Assembly (NCBI GenBank): GCA_963735805.1
Contig: CAVTMK010000004.1
Span: 448,001-512,000 of the forward strand
Source of the DNA: an uncultured Verrucomicrobiae bacterium
Lineage (GTDB): Bacteria; Verrucomicrobiota; Verrucomicrobiia; Chthoniobacterales; UBA10450
Direction: 5' to 3'
DNA: 64,000 nucleotides
The notes under the pieces: generated by a model
Databases searched by the model: none
Seen by the model: the letters and a program-made list of their open reading frames with translations, nothing else
Told to the model about the DNA's origin: nothing
Position numbers and translations under genes: made by a program
Part shown: piece by piece, positions 30,876 through 40,233 of the stretch
Position numbering within the stretch: the stretch's first letter is position 1
Layout of the letters: the number at the start of each line of letters is the position of its first letter

Positions 30876-31148
30876 TTTCCTCTGAAGCCGCCGACTCTAC
30901 CGCATTCATTTTGGTGAAGGGAAGAAAAATCGGCGGGATTTGTGCAAATTCTTTGGGCACGGGATGGCTCGCTCGTCCCGATGGTTGCCAATCGCCCGCG
31001 CGAGATTTCGAGCAGGCGAACAGATACTAAAACGCCATAGGTTGCGGCGCTGGCTGCTCAATCTACAATCTCGTGCGTCCAGCTACTTGAATCCGGCCGG
31101 TATCGAAGAGTACCTGCGTCGTCCTCCAGCAAGCATCTGGGCTCGAGC

Positions 31149-32561
31149 ATGTCGCCACCAGTCGATCCAAGTTCTTATCAACCGCCTGAGGGTGAACGTC
31201 CGGCGGTCCCCGCGCCAATCGAATTGGAGCGTCGAGCGCATGATCCCTATGCGGCCTTCCGCTCTGGGGACTTCAGTTTGTTTACGGCCGGCAATCTACT
31301 TTCGATCACCGGTCGTCTGATGCTGGCCGTGGCTGTTGAATGGGAGGTGTATGCTCGCACCCACTCGGCGACCGCGCTTGGTCTGGTTGGCCTGGTAATT
31401 GTAGTCCCGGTTGTGACGCTGTCCTTGCCCGCCGGCCATTTAGCGGACCGGTTCAGTCGAAAGCGCATCATTCTGGTCTCCCAAATTTTTAGTATGCTCA
31501 CGTCGGTGGCCTTGGCTCTGGTTTCATGGAACCATCTCACCATTCCGGCGATTGCGCCGCTACGAGCGAGTAATCGCGTGTTAACGGAGATCGCCGCGAT
31601 CTTTGAACGGCATCATCCAATTTTCCATTTCGACGATGTGTCGATTCCGTTGATCTATTTACTTCTTTTACTCGGAGCGATGGCGCGGACATTCAGTTGG
31701 GCGGCGCGCAGTTCATTTTTTCCTACGCTGATTTCTCGGGATGCCTTTGCAAACGCGGTCACCTGGAACAATAGCGTTTTTCAAATTGGATCCGTTGTGG
31801 GTCCTGCACTGAGCGGATTAATGATTGCGTACATCGGCTTCCCGTTTGTCTATCTCCTGGATGCGTTGTGCTCCCTTTCATTTTTTCTTCTCGTGCTTCC
31901 CATCCGGCGCAGCACGCAAAGGCGTGACCGCAGTGAGGCGAGCACCTGGAAAAGTCTCATAGCCGGACTCCGATTTGTATTTGGCAGAAAAGTGATCCTG
32001 GCGACGATCACCCTGGATCTGTTCGCGGTGCTGTTGGGAGGCGCGACAGCACTAATGCCGATCTTCGCTGATCAAATTCTGCATTGTGGACCGGTTGGTC
32101 TCGGCTGGATGCGTGCGGCCCCGGCGATCGGTGCATTTGCAATGGCGATGGTCGTAGCACATCTGCCGCCAATGAAGCGGGCCGGCCGCGCCTTGCTCTG
32201 GTGCGTCCTCGGGTTCGGAATTGCGACTGTCCTGTTTGGTTTATCAAAAATCTTCTGGTTATCGCTCGGCATATTATTTCTTGTCGGGGCATTCGATAGT
32301 GTGAGCGTGATCATTCGAGGTTCCATCGTGCAACTAGTCACTCCAGATGAAATGCGCGGACGCGTTTCTTCGGTAAACAACATATTCATCGGCACATCGA
32401 ACGAGTTTGGCGCGCTCGAATCAGGATTGACGGCTGCGCTGTTTGGTCCAGTGATTTCCGTCGTTGCAGGGGGAATTGGAACAATCCTGGTGGTATTGGG
32501 GGTCGCGTGGCGGTGGCCGGAGACGCGCAAGATCGGCGCGTTAGACCGAACATTGCAGTGA
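31149..32561 (+). CDS. MFS transporter (EntS/MFS_3-like)
   Basis: Motif A GHLADRFSRKR; DLFAVLLGGATALMP; TPDEMRGRVSS; about 12 TM helices. Confidence 0.9.
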   Translation: MSPPVDPSSYQPPEGERPAVPAPIELERRAHDPYAAFRSGDFSLFTAGNLLSITGRLMLAVAVEWEVYARTHSATALGLVGLVIVVPVVTLSLPAGHLADRFSRKRIILVSQIFSMLTSVALALVSWNHLTIPAIAPLRASNRVLTEIAAIFERHHPIFHFDDVSIPLIYLLLLLGAMARTFSWAARSSFFPTLISRDAFANAVTWNNSVFQIGSVVGPALSGLMIAYIGFPFVYLLDALCSLSFFLLVLPIRRSTQRRDRSEASTWKSLIAGLRFVFGRKVILATITLDLFAVLLGGATALMPIFADQILHCGPVGLGWMRAAPAIGAFAMAMVVAHLPPMKRAGRALLWCVLGFGIATVLFGLSKIFWLSLGILFLVGAFDSVSVIIRGSIVQLVTPDEMRGRVSSVNNIFIGTSNEFGALESGLTAALFGPVISVVAGGIGTILVVLGVAWRWPETRKIGALDRTLQ

Positions 32562-32618
32562 ACTAGCCTGTTGGAGCCAGAGCCGACTACCCGGTGGCCA
32601 TAACGATGCCGCTTATGG

Positions 32619-33542
32619 TTAAAATGCGCCGTGCAACGAAATCATTCCGTACGGTGCGCCTCCGTCCTGGTGATAGCGCACCTCAGCGCGATAAAAATCG
32701 AAATTTCTATACGGCTGATAACCGACTTCGCCAGTGAACGTCACCAGTGGCGAAATTTTCCAGTCGAAGCCTCCGCCGGTCCGAACCTCGCTATACGTCA
32801 GGATCGCATGGTTGAGCCTCGGGATTCCATTCGCGTTCCCGAAATCGTCATCCACACGGTAACTGGTTTGCTTCACATTCGCCCCTACGTAAAGGGACAC
32901 GTCTTTATTCATCTCATACTCGAGACGCGGAGTCGGCAGGACCGCGTCGAGAAGCCACTGCGATGCGACTTTCCAGCGAAGCCCGGCAGCAGGGATAACC
33001 GGATATTTCCGCTCCACATCGACGCTCACGCCGAGAACGAGCTGCAGATTAGGACTGTAAATGTAAGTGCCGCCTATGAGGAACGGAAGATTGAAATTGT
33101 CCCAGCCTAAATTATCGAACTCAGTATCGTACACACCGGGCTGACCTTCGGCCCTGACGATGATTGAATCGGAAAACTGCATGTCCAATCCAGTAACCAG
33201 ACTGACTGACTGCAGGGTGTCCGGAAGAGCCGCATGATCGGGAAGGCCAAATGAGAATCGCTCCCACTCCGCGCCAAACCGTAGAATGCCGATTTTAGTT
33301 CGTGGTGTGAACACCAAATGTACGATTGAATCGTTTTCGTCGAAATCGCGCACATCCTTGTTGGGCCCGCGTTGGACGTCACCGCCACCGACATAGGCGT
33401 CTTCCGCCGTGTATTCAAAAGGCACGTGACTTAGCGATTCAGACCAGCTACCAGCGTTTTCCTCGGCGAAAATTCGCGACACAAGCAACAACGACGATGC
33501 TGCGCAGACAACTGCGAAAACTCGACACTCAAGGCGTTTCAC
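32619..33542 (-). CDS. Outer-membrane beta-barrel protein (DUF6268-like), paralog 1
   Basis: Signal peptide; alternating beta-strands; LPDTLQSVS, PGVY, PAAGLRW, LPTPRLEY, YSEVRTG; C-terminal Phe. Confidence 0.75.
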   Translation of the reverse strand: MKRLECRVFAVVCAASSLLLVSRIFAEENAGSWSESLSHVPFEYTAEDAYVGGGDVQRGPNKDVRDFDENDSIVHLVFTPRTKIGILRFGAEWERFSFGLPDHAALPDTLQSVSLVTGLDMQFSDSIIVRAEGQPGVYDTEFDNLGWDNFNLPFLIGGTYIYSPNLQLVLGVSVDVERKYPVIPAAGLRWKVASQWLLDAVLPTPRLEYEMNKDVSLYVGANVKQTSYRVDDDFGNANGIPRLNHAILTYSEVRTGGGFDWKISPLVTFTGEVGYQPYRNFDFYRAEVRYHQDGGAPYGMISLHGAF

Positions 33543-33545
33543 TGG

Positions 33546-34616
33546 CTAACGACCTCCACTCGAATCGCGGCGAAACAGTGTGACGGCTTTGGTTATGTTT
33601 TTCATCATCACGGACTCCGAGCCGAGCCGCTCGACGCCATGTAGGGAGCCGAGCGAGGCAGCGGAGATCATGTCGCCGCGCCAGACAAGCGTGGAAGGTT
33701 TCCCTTCCAGGGTAACAGGCCACATCTGAAACAAGGTGAGAGCAACGTAATAGCCACCACTTGCGTAATATAGGACGTCAGCAGCTTGATAGGTGCCGCC
33801 GGTTCCGCCGCGGCTGTAAGAGGCGCCCAGCGTTACCACGCCTTGATCATCCGCATCAAGAAGCTCCCAATATAATTCAGGCTTGAGCGATCCAGCACCG
33901 CGCCCAATACCTGTGGCGCCCAGGAAACCGGAAAACTGGTTGCGAATTTTTCCTTGCTCGCGCAACAATCCATTTACTTCATCGCTCGCCCGAATAGACG
34001 GGCCGGCGTGATCGTACGGAGGTTGTGCGGACATCCCCCCAGACACGAAACTTTTCGTTCGGGCAGTCAAAACGTCCGCCCAGAACCCTGCGACTGGTTC
34101 AGGTATGACCCCTCCGCCTCCAGTTCCGGTTGAAAATTTCTTTGCTTCATCCTTACTGATTTGCAGGTCGGAACTGAGCTTTTGCGTCGCCGCGACGAAT
34201 GAACGCACGGACGCGTTATTCGGCGCGTTTTTCAACCTGTCGAAGTTACTGGGTGTAGGATTCGAGGGAAGATCGGAGTGCAGGAAGACCTTGAGCTCGC
34301 GATGCCTTGTTGCATCCCAACGACGCAACGCTTCGATTTGTTGGGCAGGCGCCGACCCTGGCACGACATAGCAGCTTTGCACGGCAAGAAACCGAGGATT
34401 GCTCATCGGGGGTCCGTGTGCCGTTTTCACATCGCTTTTCGCAAGCTGGGCGAGATCCACCTTGCCGAAAATGGAAAATGAGGCGAGATCAGAAACAGCG
34501 TCAGCGTGTGCGGTTATTGGGCCCAGAAACAACACCGACAGCAAGAGTAAGAGGCTGCCCGCCCTTACAAAGAAGTGCCGCCGCAGATTCAGCATTTTAA
34601 CTTTCATGAGCAACAT
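33546..34616 (-). CDS. Exported hypothetical protein (possible START/helix-grip fold)
   Basis: Signal peptide ending AHA-D; mixed alpha/beta sequence ending in a long amphipathic helix; start uncertain (34616 or a downstream Met). Confidence 0.6.
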   Translation of the reverse strand: MLLMKVKMLNLRRHFFVRAGSLLLLLSVLFLGPITAHADAVSDLASFSIFGKVDLAQLAKSDVKTAHGPPMSNPRFLAVQSCYVVPGSAPAQQIEALRRWDATRHRELKVFLHSDLPSNPTPSNFDRLKNAPNNASVRSFVAATQKLSSDLQISKDEAKKFSTGTGGGGVIPEPVAGFWADVLTARTKSFVSGGMSAQPPYDHAGPSIRASDEVNGLLREQGKIRNQFSGFLGATGIGRGAGSLKPELYWELLDADDQGVVTLGASYSRGGTGGTYQAADVLYYASGGYYVALTLFQMWPVTLEGKPSTLVWRGDMISAASLGSLHGVERLGSESVMMKNITKAVTLFRRDSSGGR

Positions 34617-34676
34617 ACGTGATGGCCAACGCCAAATGGTTGCAAATTTTTTGGATCACCGCAATAGGGTTTCTAT

Positions 34677-35627
34677 ATGAGCGAACCGGTGATCGTGCTT
34701 GACCATTTGAGCAAGAGTTACGGTGACGTCCATGCCGTGCGGGATCTTTCTCTTCAAATCGAAACGGGAACGATCTTTGGTTTTCTCGGCCCTAATGGCG
34801 CTGGCAAAACCACGACGATGCGGATGTTGTGTGGCCTGACCCACGCCACTGCTGGCCATGCGACGATCGAAGGCGCAGATGTCTGGAAGGATCGATATTT
34901 GGTGCGGACCAAGATCGGGTATGTGCCGCAGCGCTTCAGTCTTTATCGAGATCTGACGGTCCTGGAAAATTTCCGGTTCTTCGGGGGCGCCTATGGTGTG
35001 CCCGGCGGGGAGTTAGAGCCGCGAATCGACCGCCTGCTGCGGGTGATTGATTTGCAAGAAAAGCGTAATACGGCTGCGCAAAGCTTATCGGGGGGGATGC
35101 GGCAGCTGCTGGCGATTGGATGCGCGCTCGTGCATAACCCGGCGCTGCTGTTTTTTGACGAGCCGACGGCGGGTCTCGACCCGGTGCACCGGCAGCAAAT
35201 CTGGAACTTGCTTTACGATCTCAGTAACGAAGGCAAAACGATTTTCGTTACCACGCACTACATGGATGAGGCCGAGCGCTGCACTGAAGTCGGTTTTATC
35301 GAGGATGGACGGCTGCTGGCGAAAGCTTCACCGCGCGCTTTAAAGTCGAGCTTTCGTACGCGATTACTCGAGATAGACGTCGACCCGCTAATGCCGGCGT
35401 TGGTTCGACTGCGCGGCCTTCCCGAACTCCTCGGAGTTTCATTACGCAGCGGCAGCTTGCGCCTTTACGCGGCGGATCCCGAGCAGTTGGTGGCCGGATG
35501 GCGCGAGCGTTGGCCATTCAATGATCTTCAGTTGCTAGGCGAACGCTGGGTAGAACCGGATATGGAAGACGTTTTCACCGCGTATTCACAGGGCTACGAC
35601 GAGGTTTTGAAAAGATTAACTCCATGA
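34677..35627 (+). CDS. ABC transporter ATP-binding protein (ABC-2/DrrA type)
   Basis: GPNGAGKT; LSGGMRQ; FFDEPTAGLDP; TTHYMDEAE. Confidence 0.95.
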   Translation: MSEPVIVLDHLSKSYGDVHAVRDLSLQIETGTIFGFLGPNGAGKTTTMRMLCGLTHATAGHATIEGADVWKDRYLVRTKIGYVPQRFSLYRDLTVLENFRFFGGAYGVPGGELEPRIDRLLRVIDLQEKRNTAAQSLSGGMRQLLAIGCALVHNPALLFFDEPTAGLDPVHRQQIWNLLYDLSNEGKTIFVTTHYMDEAERCTEVGFIEDGRLLAKASPRALKSSFRTRLLEIDVDPLMPALVRLRGLPELLGVSLRSGSLRLYAADPEQLVAGWRERWPFNDLQLLGERWVEPDMEDVFTAYSQGYDEVLKRLTP

Positions 35628-36811
35628 AGTGGCTATCATTCGAAGCGACTGCCAGTGTCGCTTACAAAGAATTTTTGCACATCCTGCGCGATCGGCGTGT
35701 GCTGCTGTTGGTATTGACTCTGCCGCCGCTGTTTACGCTCCTTTTTGGCCACGCCTTTGAAACAAGCGAACTAACTGGCGTCAGAAGCCTGCTCATCAAT
35801 CGCGACAACACTCCACGCGCACGGGAACTTGTCGATATCATTTCGAAGAACAAAACGTTTCAGTGGCGGTACGGATCGCCGGATACGAAAAATGCACCGG
35901 ATTTAATCGCTGAAGGGGTACAGGCTGCGCTGATCATTCCCGCGGGCTGGAATGAGAACCTGGAAAACGGCGACCCGAAGCCGTTGCTGCTGTATGTCGA
36001 CGGCAGCGACATCAATACGTCCGATGCCGTGGAAGGTAGCATTCGACAGAGCTTGGGCGACTTTCAGCTAAAACAACGGGACCAGATGATTGAGAATCTG
36101 CCGGAAGAGGTCTTTGAACTGGGCAAGCAGCTTCCAGTCCAAATCCGCAAACGCTTCGTCTCCATGATGGAGATGTGGTCTGTGAATACCAAGCGATTAT
36201 ATAACCCAAAATCGCGCGTTATCGATTACGTTGTACCCGGTATCATTGGCCTGATTCTGCAATTGCTGACAGTCACACTGATGGCTTGCACCATCGCCAG
36301 AGAACGAGAGTCAGGCACGCTTTACCAGCTAATGGTCACGTCACTGCGACGTCGTGAAATCGTGATTGGCAAGATGTTGCCTTACCTTGTGGTGTCTATC
36401 TTTCTGGTCATAGTGATCATGCTGGTGAGCAGCTGGCATTTTGGTGTGATCTTTTATCAATTGCCTGCTCTTGCTGTGGTCTGCCTGCTTTTCCTGCTTT
36501 GTTCGCTCGGACTCGGCCTCTTGATCTCCGCGTTCTCACGTACGCAAACCCAAGCCATACAGTTTTCTGTTTTTTTTCTTTTACCGGTATTTGTACTCTC
36601 GGGGGCGTTCGCGCCTCTGGGACAACTACCGAAGGCGATCCAGTACGTTTCCGAACTTTTTCCACTTACTCACTTTTGCCGCGCATTTCGGTTGGTAAAC
36701 ATGTACCACGCCGGGGCGCAATTTTACGTTGGCGATCTTCTAGTGCTGCTGGCGGGCGCCTTAATCACATTTCTCGGCGCGTCGTTTCTTCTAAAACGTA
36801 TCGAGCAGTAG
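35624..36811 (+). CDS. ABC-2 type transporter permease (YbhS/YbhR-like)
   Basis: KEFLHILRDRR; periplasmic loop ending LYNP; IARERESGT; LSGAFAP; FPLTHF. Confidence 0.92.
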   Translation: MKWLSFEATASVAYKEFLHILRDRRVLLLVLTLPPLFTLLFGHAFETSELTGVRSLLINRDNTPRARELVDIISKNKTFQWRYGSPDTKNAPDLIAEGVQAALIIPAGWNENLENGDPKPLLLYVDGSDINTSDAVEGSIRQSLGDFQLKQRDQMIENLPEEVFELGKQLPVQIRKRFVSMMEMWSVNTKRLYNPKSRVIDYVVPGIIGLILQLLTVTLMACTIARERESGTLYQLMVTSLRRREIVIGKMLPYLVVSIFLVIVIMLVSSWHFGVIFYQLPALAVVCLLFLLCSLGLGLLISAFSRTQTQAIQFSVFFLLPVFVLSGAFAPLGQLPKAIQYVSELFPLTHFCRAFRLVNMYHAGAQFYVGDLLVLLAGALITFLGASFLLKRIEQ

Positions 36812-36856
36812 GGCGGCGCGAATGACGAAGAACGAAAGACGAGGGAAAGAGGAAAA

Positions 36857-37288
36857 ATGAAGCCGGAAGCGCCTCATTATCGATCATGCGGTCGCCATTT
36901 ATTCCTAATCGGCGCGTTGACCCTGGGGACTTGCGTGGTTGCAGCAAGCGCCGTCTCCGGCGAACACATGGCCTCGACACCACAGCAAGTGTTCGACTCG
37001 ATGCGCAGCAGTTTCCAATCAGCGAAGGCAAAGGGATTACACGCTCGGTATCAATGGGACTTGAGCGGACCGCAAGGCGGCGAATGGTGGATCGACGTGG
37101 ATGACGGGAAGTACAAGATGGGAAAAGGAAAAATCGACAATCCAAGTGTGACGTTCGTCGCGACAGATAGGGATTGGGTCGCAGTTTCCAACCATCAAAT
37201 GGGCGGCACGTGGGCTTACCTGACTGGCCGATTAAAGATTCGTGGCGACCAGGGGCTTGCGAGAAAACTTGGCGAAATTTTCCCTTAG
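36857..37288 (+). CDS. SCP2 sterol/lipid-carrier domain protein with N-terminal signal-like segment
   Basis: AKGLHARYQWDLSGPQGGEWWIDVDDG..NPSVTF..AYLTGRLKIRGDQGLARKL; hydrophobic leader LFLIGALTLGTCVVAASA. Confidence 0.85.
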   Translation: MKPEAPHYRSCGRHLFLIGALTLGTCVVAASAVSGEHMASTPQQVFDSMRSSFQSAKAKGLHARYQWDLSGPQGGEWWIDVDDGKYKMGKGKIDNPSVTFVATDRDWVAVSNHQMGGTWAYLTGRLKIRGDQGLARKLGEIFP

Positions 37289-38184
37289 AACTTTAGTTCC
37301 GCGGCGATTCTAACGTAGGGAGCCGGATCAGTCCTTTTTGACTGGTTGGCTCTGAAAAAGTCAAAGTTGCGTTCAACAGTGACGCCTCCGCCGGCAATGA
37401 TCTTCAGATGTTTAATACCTGTATAAGCTATCTGCGCCCCGGCGCGATCCTCGCTGTATTGAACGACGGCATTGTGCAATTGCAATTTTTGCTCCGTCGT
37501 CACGACATCGTCCGTACGAAAACTTGTGTAATTAAGCTCGCCAGTGATCCTGAACTCCCAGTCGTCGTTGGGTGTATAGATAAGCGCCGGCCTCGGAAAG
37601 ACGCCCTGAAGTCGAAGCTTGTCGTTAAAAACCCAGATAATGCCGCCACCCGGCGCCACTACTGGATCCTGATAAATACCACCGCCCAAACCGATAACGG
37701 CGAAGATTTTGTCCTTCTTCAGGGGAAAAGTCACATAAATTTTCCACGGTATGTCGAAAGCATCGCCAGAAACCTGGTCTTGAAAGTACAATCCCGGATC
37801 AATCTCGGCGCTCAGGCCGGGAAAGTCCTGCACAACGTACTCCACAGCCAGATGACCGGACGCGGCTTGCAGATGATCAGGCAAACCGTTGTCAGTACCG
37901 CCGAAATCATAACGCTCATATTCGACGCCGGCACGGAAGTACCATTGGCCAGTAATTAAAAAACGGTGATCGTAGCTAAAATCGTTATAGAGAGAATCAC
38001 CATCACCGAGTTTTGATTCCTTGAAATCGCTGCCAAACGTATAAGTCGTTTCATAGGAAAAAAGATCGCGCGAATTCTCATCTGATGGCGTGGGCGAAGG
38101 CTGGGCCTCAAACGTGGACGGCCCGGCGAGCATTGACGTCGCAGAAACAAAAAATAGAAAGGCAAAGAAGGGATTGCTTTTCAT
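37285..38184 (-). CDS. Outer-membrane beta-barrel protein (DUF6268-like), paralog 2
   Basis: Signal peptide MKSNPFFAFLFFVSATSMLA; LPDHLQAAS, PGLY, PGGGIIW, FPRPALIY, YSEDRAG, RNFDFFRA; C-terminal Phe. Confidence 0.75.
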   Translation of the reverse strand: MKSNPFFAFLFFVSATSMLAGPSTFEAQPSPTPSDENSRDLFSYETTYTFGSDFKESKLGDGDSLYNDFSYDHRFLITGQWYFRAGVEYERYDFGGTDNGLPDHLQAASGHLAVEYVVQDFPGLSAEIDPGLYFQDQVSGDAFDIPWKIYVTFPLKKDKIFAVIGLGGGIYQDPVVAPGGGIIWVFNDKLRLQGVFPRPALIYTPNDDWEFRITGELNYTSFRTDDVVTTEQKLQLHNAVVQYSEDRAGAQIAYTGIKHLKIIAGGGVTVERNFDFFRANQSKRTDPAPYVRIAAELKF

Positions 38185-38336
38185 GGTTAAGGCGTCCCGG
38201 ATATCGACATATCGAATGAGCAACCCGAAAGCGATGTATCGAATAGGCGTTATTTTAGCAAGGAGTATTTCCGATACAGGCGAATCCTCTCTCTATATGG
38301 GCGCATGTTCCTGCGCGCGCTCAAATTGGTCTCGAT

Positions 38337-39368
38337 ATGAGCGCGCCTGGTAAGATTCGACTAACGATTTACCTGCTGGCTTTCGCAGGAGCGACGCTAT
38401 TCATCGCTCTTTTGATTCACCAGGGCGTCGGACAGGTCCTCAGGGCGTTTGCTGCTGGTGAATGGGGAATTTTAGGCGTCGTTGTCTACCATCTCATTCC
38501 GATATTTCTGGATGCGACGGCCTGGTGGGTGTTGTTCCCAAGACCGGATCGCCTACCGCTGTTCCAGCTCTTTTGGATGCGTTGGATTGGTGAGTCCATC
38601 AGCGCGTTGGTGCCCTCTGCCGCAATCGGCGGCGACATTGTACGCGCGCGTTTGGCGGCAATTCATGGCGCCTCGCTTCCGGTCGCCGCAGGGACAGTGG
38701 TCGTTGACATTACACTCGGCATTTTTGTGCAGGCTGGATTTACGTTGCTTGGACTTGTGCTGCTTGTTACCGCAACCGGAAAACACAGCTTCGTTCGTCC
38801 AACTTTGGTCGGAGTCGTGATCGCGCTTTTTGCCTTTGCCGGTTTCTACTTTGTCCAGCGCCTGGGAATTTTCAGCTTTCTCGGCCGAATCATAATGCGA
38901 TTGGCCGGCTCGAAAGACTGGCAATCGCTTATGCAGCGCGGCGAGACCTGGGACCAAACCATTCGCTCACTTTATGCGCGACGGCGTGCCGTGGTCGCCT
39001 GCTGTGTATGGACAATAGGTTCGCTTGTTATCGGGTCAGGAGAAATTTGGCTTGCGCTTTGGTTCCTCGACCTGCCCGCTTCATTTCTAAATGCGCTCAT
39101 TTTACAAAGCATGGTGTTAACGATTCGCTCGGCGGCATTCGCAGTTCCAGCCGGGCTTGGAGTACAGGAAGGCGGCTATCTTTTGGTCGGGAGTTTGCTT
39201 GGCATTCCGGGTGACGGCGCCTTCGCGCTGTCCCTGGTCTCGCGAGCGCGCGAAATCGGTCTTGGGATTCCGGCACTGATTTGCTGGCAAGTGATTGAGG
39301 CCCGCCGTCTTTGGCGGACACGTGAAGCAGCGACCACGGTAATACCTGAGGTGAGAGGTCAGTTTTGA
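38337..39368 (+). CDS. Lysylphosphatidylglycerol synthase TM-domain / HpnL-like flippase
   Basis: RWIGESISALVPSAAIGGDIVRARL; SAAFAVPAGLGVQEGG; ALSLVSRARE. Confidence 0.8.
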   Translation: MSAPGKIRLTIYLLAFAGATLFIALLIHQGVGQVLRAFAAGEWGILGVVVYHLIPIFLDATAWWVLFPRPDRLPLFQLFWMRWIGESISALVPSAAIGGDIVRARLAAIHGASLPVAAGTVVVDITLGIFVQAGFTLLGLVLLVTATGKHSFVRPTLVGVVIALFAFAGFYFVQRLGIFSFLGRIIMRLAGSKDWQSLMQRGETWDQTIRSLYARRRAVVACCVWTIGSLVIGSGEIWLALWFLDLPASFLNALILQSMVLTIRSAAFAVPAGLGVQEGGYLLVGSLLGIPGDGAFALSLVSRAREIGLGIPALICWQVIEARRLWRTREAATTVIPEVRGQF

Positions 39369-39372
39369 CCTT

Positions 39373-40134
39373 TTAATTTTTCACTTTGCCGTGGAGCGCG
39401 ATCGTGTCACCAGCGTGCATCACGTGCAGCCGCGCTCTGACTTTGCGCTTTTTAAGTTCGCGTTTGAATACTTCCGGCGTGCCTGTCAGCGAGGGAAAGG
39501 TTCCATAGTGCATTGGAATGACTATCTTCGGAGCCACTAGTTTCACAGCTTCTGCCGCCCGGGCGGGCCCCATGGTAAAATGATCCCCGATACAAACCAG
39601 CATGACGTCGATCTTATGGAATCGCTTCACCAACGCCATGTCGGAAAACAAATCTGTGTCGCCGGTGTCATAGATCGTTGATCCATTACGTAGCGTAATG
39701 ATCAGGCCGGTCGGAGTGCCGGCATACACAGGCGGCGCACTTTCCTCCTTGTGAACGGATGAACCGTGCCACGCCGGGACGAACTGCACCTTTACCTCGC
39801 CATCAAGGAGCGATAGCTCACCGCCGAGATGCCCTGTTGTCTCATTCCCTGCCTGGCTTCTCGGGTACCCTAGTGTTGAAACAATTGCTGCGTTGAGATC
39901 GAAGTTTGAAACCAGACTCGCTCCCGTTCGCTTTCCAATCTCGACTGTATTGCCGACGTGATCGCCATGTCCATGCGTCAGGAAAATAAGATCAACATGA
40001 TCGAGGCTGGCGAGTTCGTCCTTGCCTCTTGTGAAAGCCGGATTTTCTATCCACGGATCGATCAGCAGCGTTTTCCCCGTGGCGGTGTTGATTTTGAACG
40101 CTGCGTGTCCGTACCACGTTAATTGAGTTTCCAT
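39373..40134 (-). CDS. Metallo-beta-lactamase-fold metal-dependent hydrolase (UPF0173-like)
   Basis: LTWYGHAAF; LIDPW; THGHGDH; GDTDLFSDM; IGDHFTMG; IPMHYGTF. Confidence 0.9.
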   Translation of the reverse strand: METQLTWYGHAAFKINTATGKTLLIDPWIENPAFTRGKDELASLDHVDLIFLTHGHGDHVGNTVEIGKRTGASLVSNFDLNAAIVSTLGYPRSQAGNETTGHLGGELSLLDGEVKVQFVPAWHGSSVHKEESAPPVYAGTPTGLIITLRNGSTIYDTGDTDLFSDMALVKRFHKIDVMLVCIGDHFTMGPARAAEAVKLVAPKIVIPMHYGTFPSLTGTPEVFKRELKKRKVRARLHVMHAGDTIALHGKVKN

Positions 40135-40210
40135 GCTAATGATGAAATCGAAAAGCATTCACTCGGCAAGCGTAACGGCTTTCGTAAATGCCGAATGCCA
40201 ACTGGCGAAT

Positions 40211-40230
40211 GAAGGCGGGGCCCCGCCTTC
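40211..40230. repeat. Perfect 20-bp palindrome
   Basis: gaaggcgggg|ccccgccttc, 4 nt beyond the ygfZ-like stop codon. Confidence 0.6.
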
Positions 40231-40233
40231 GCT

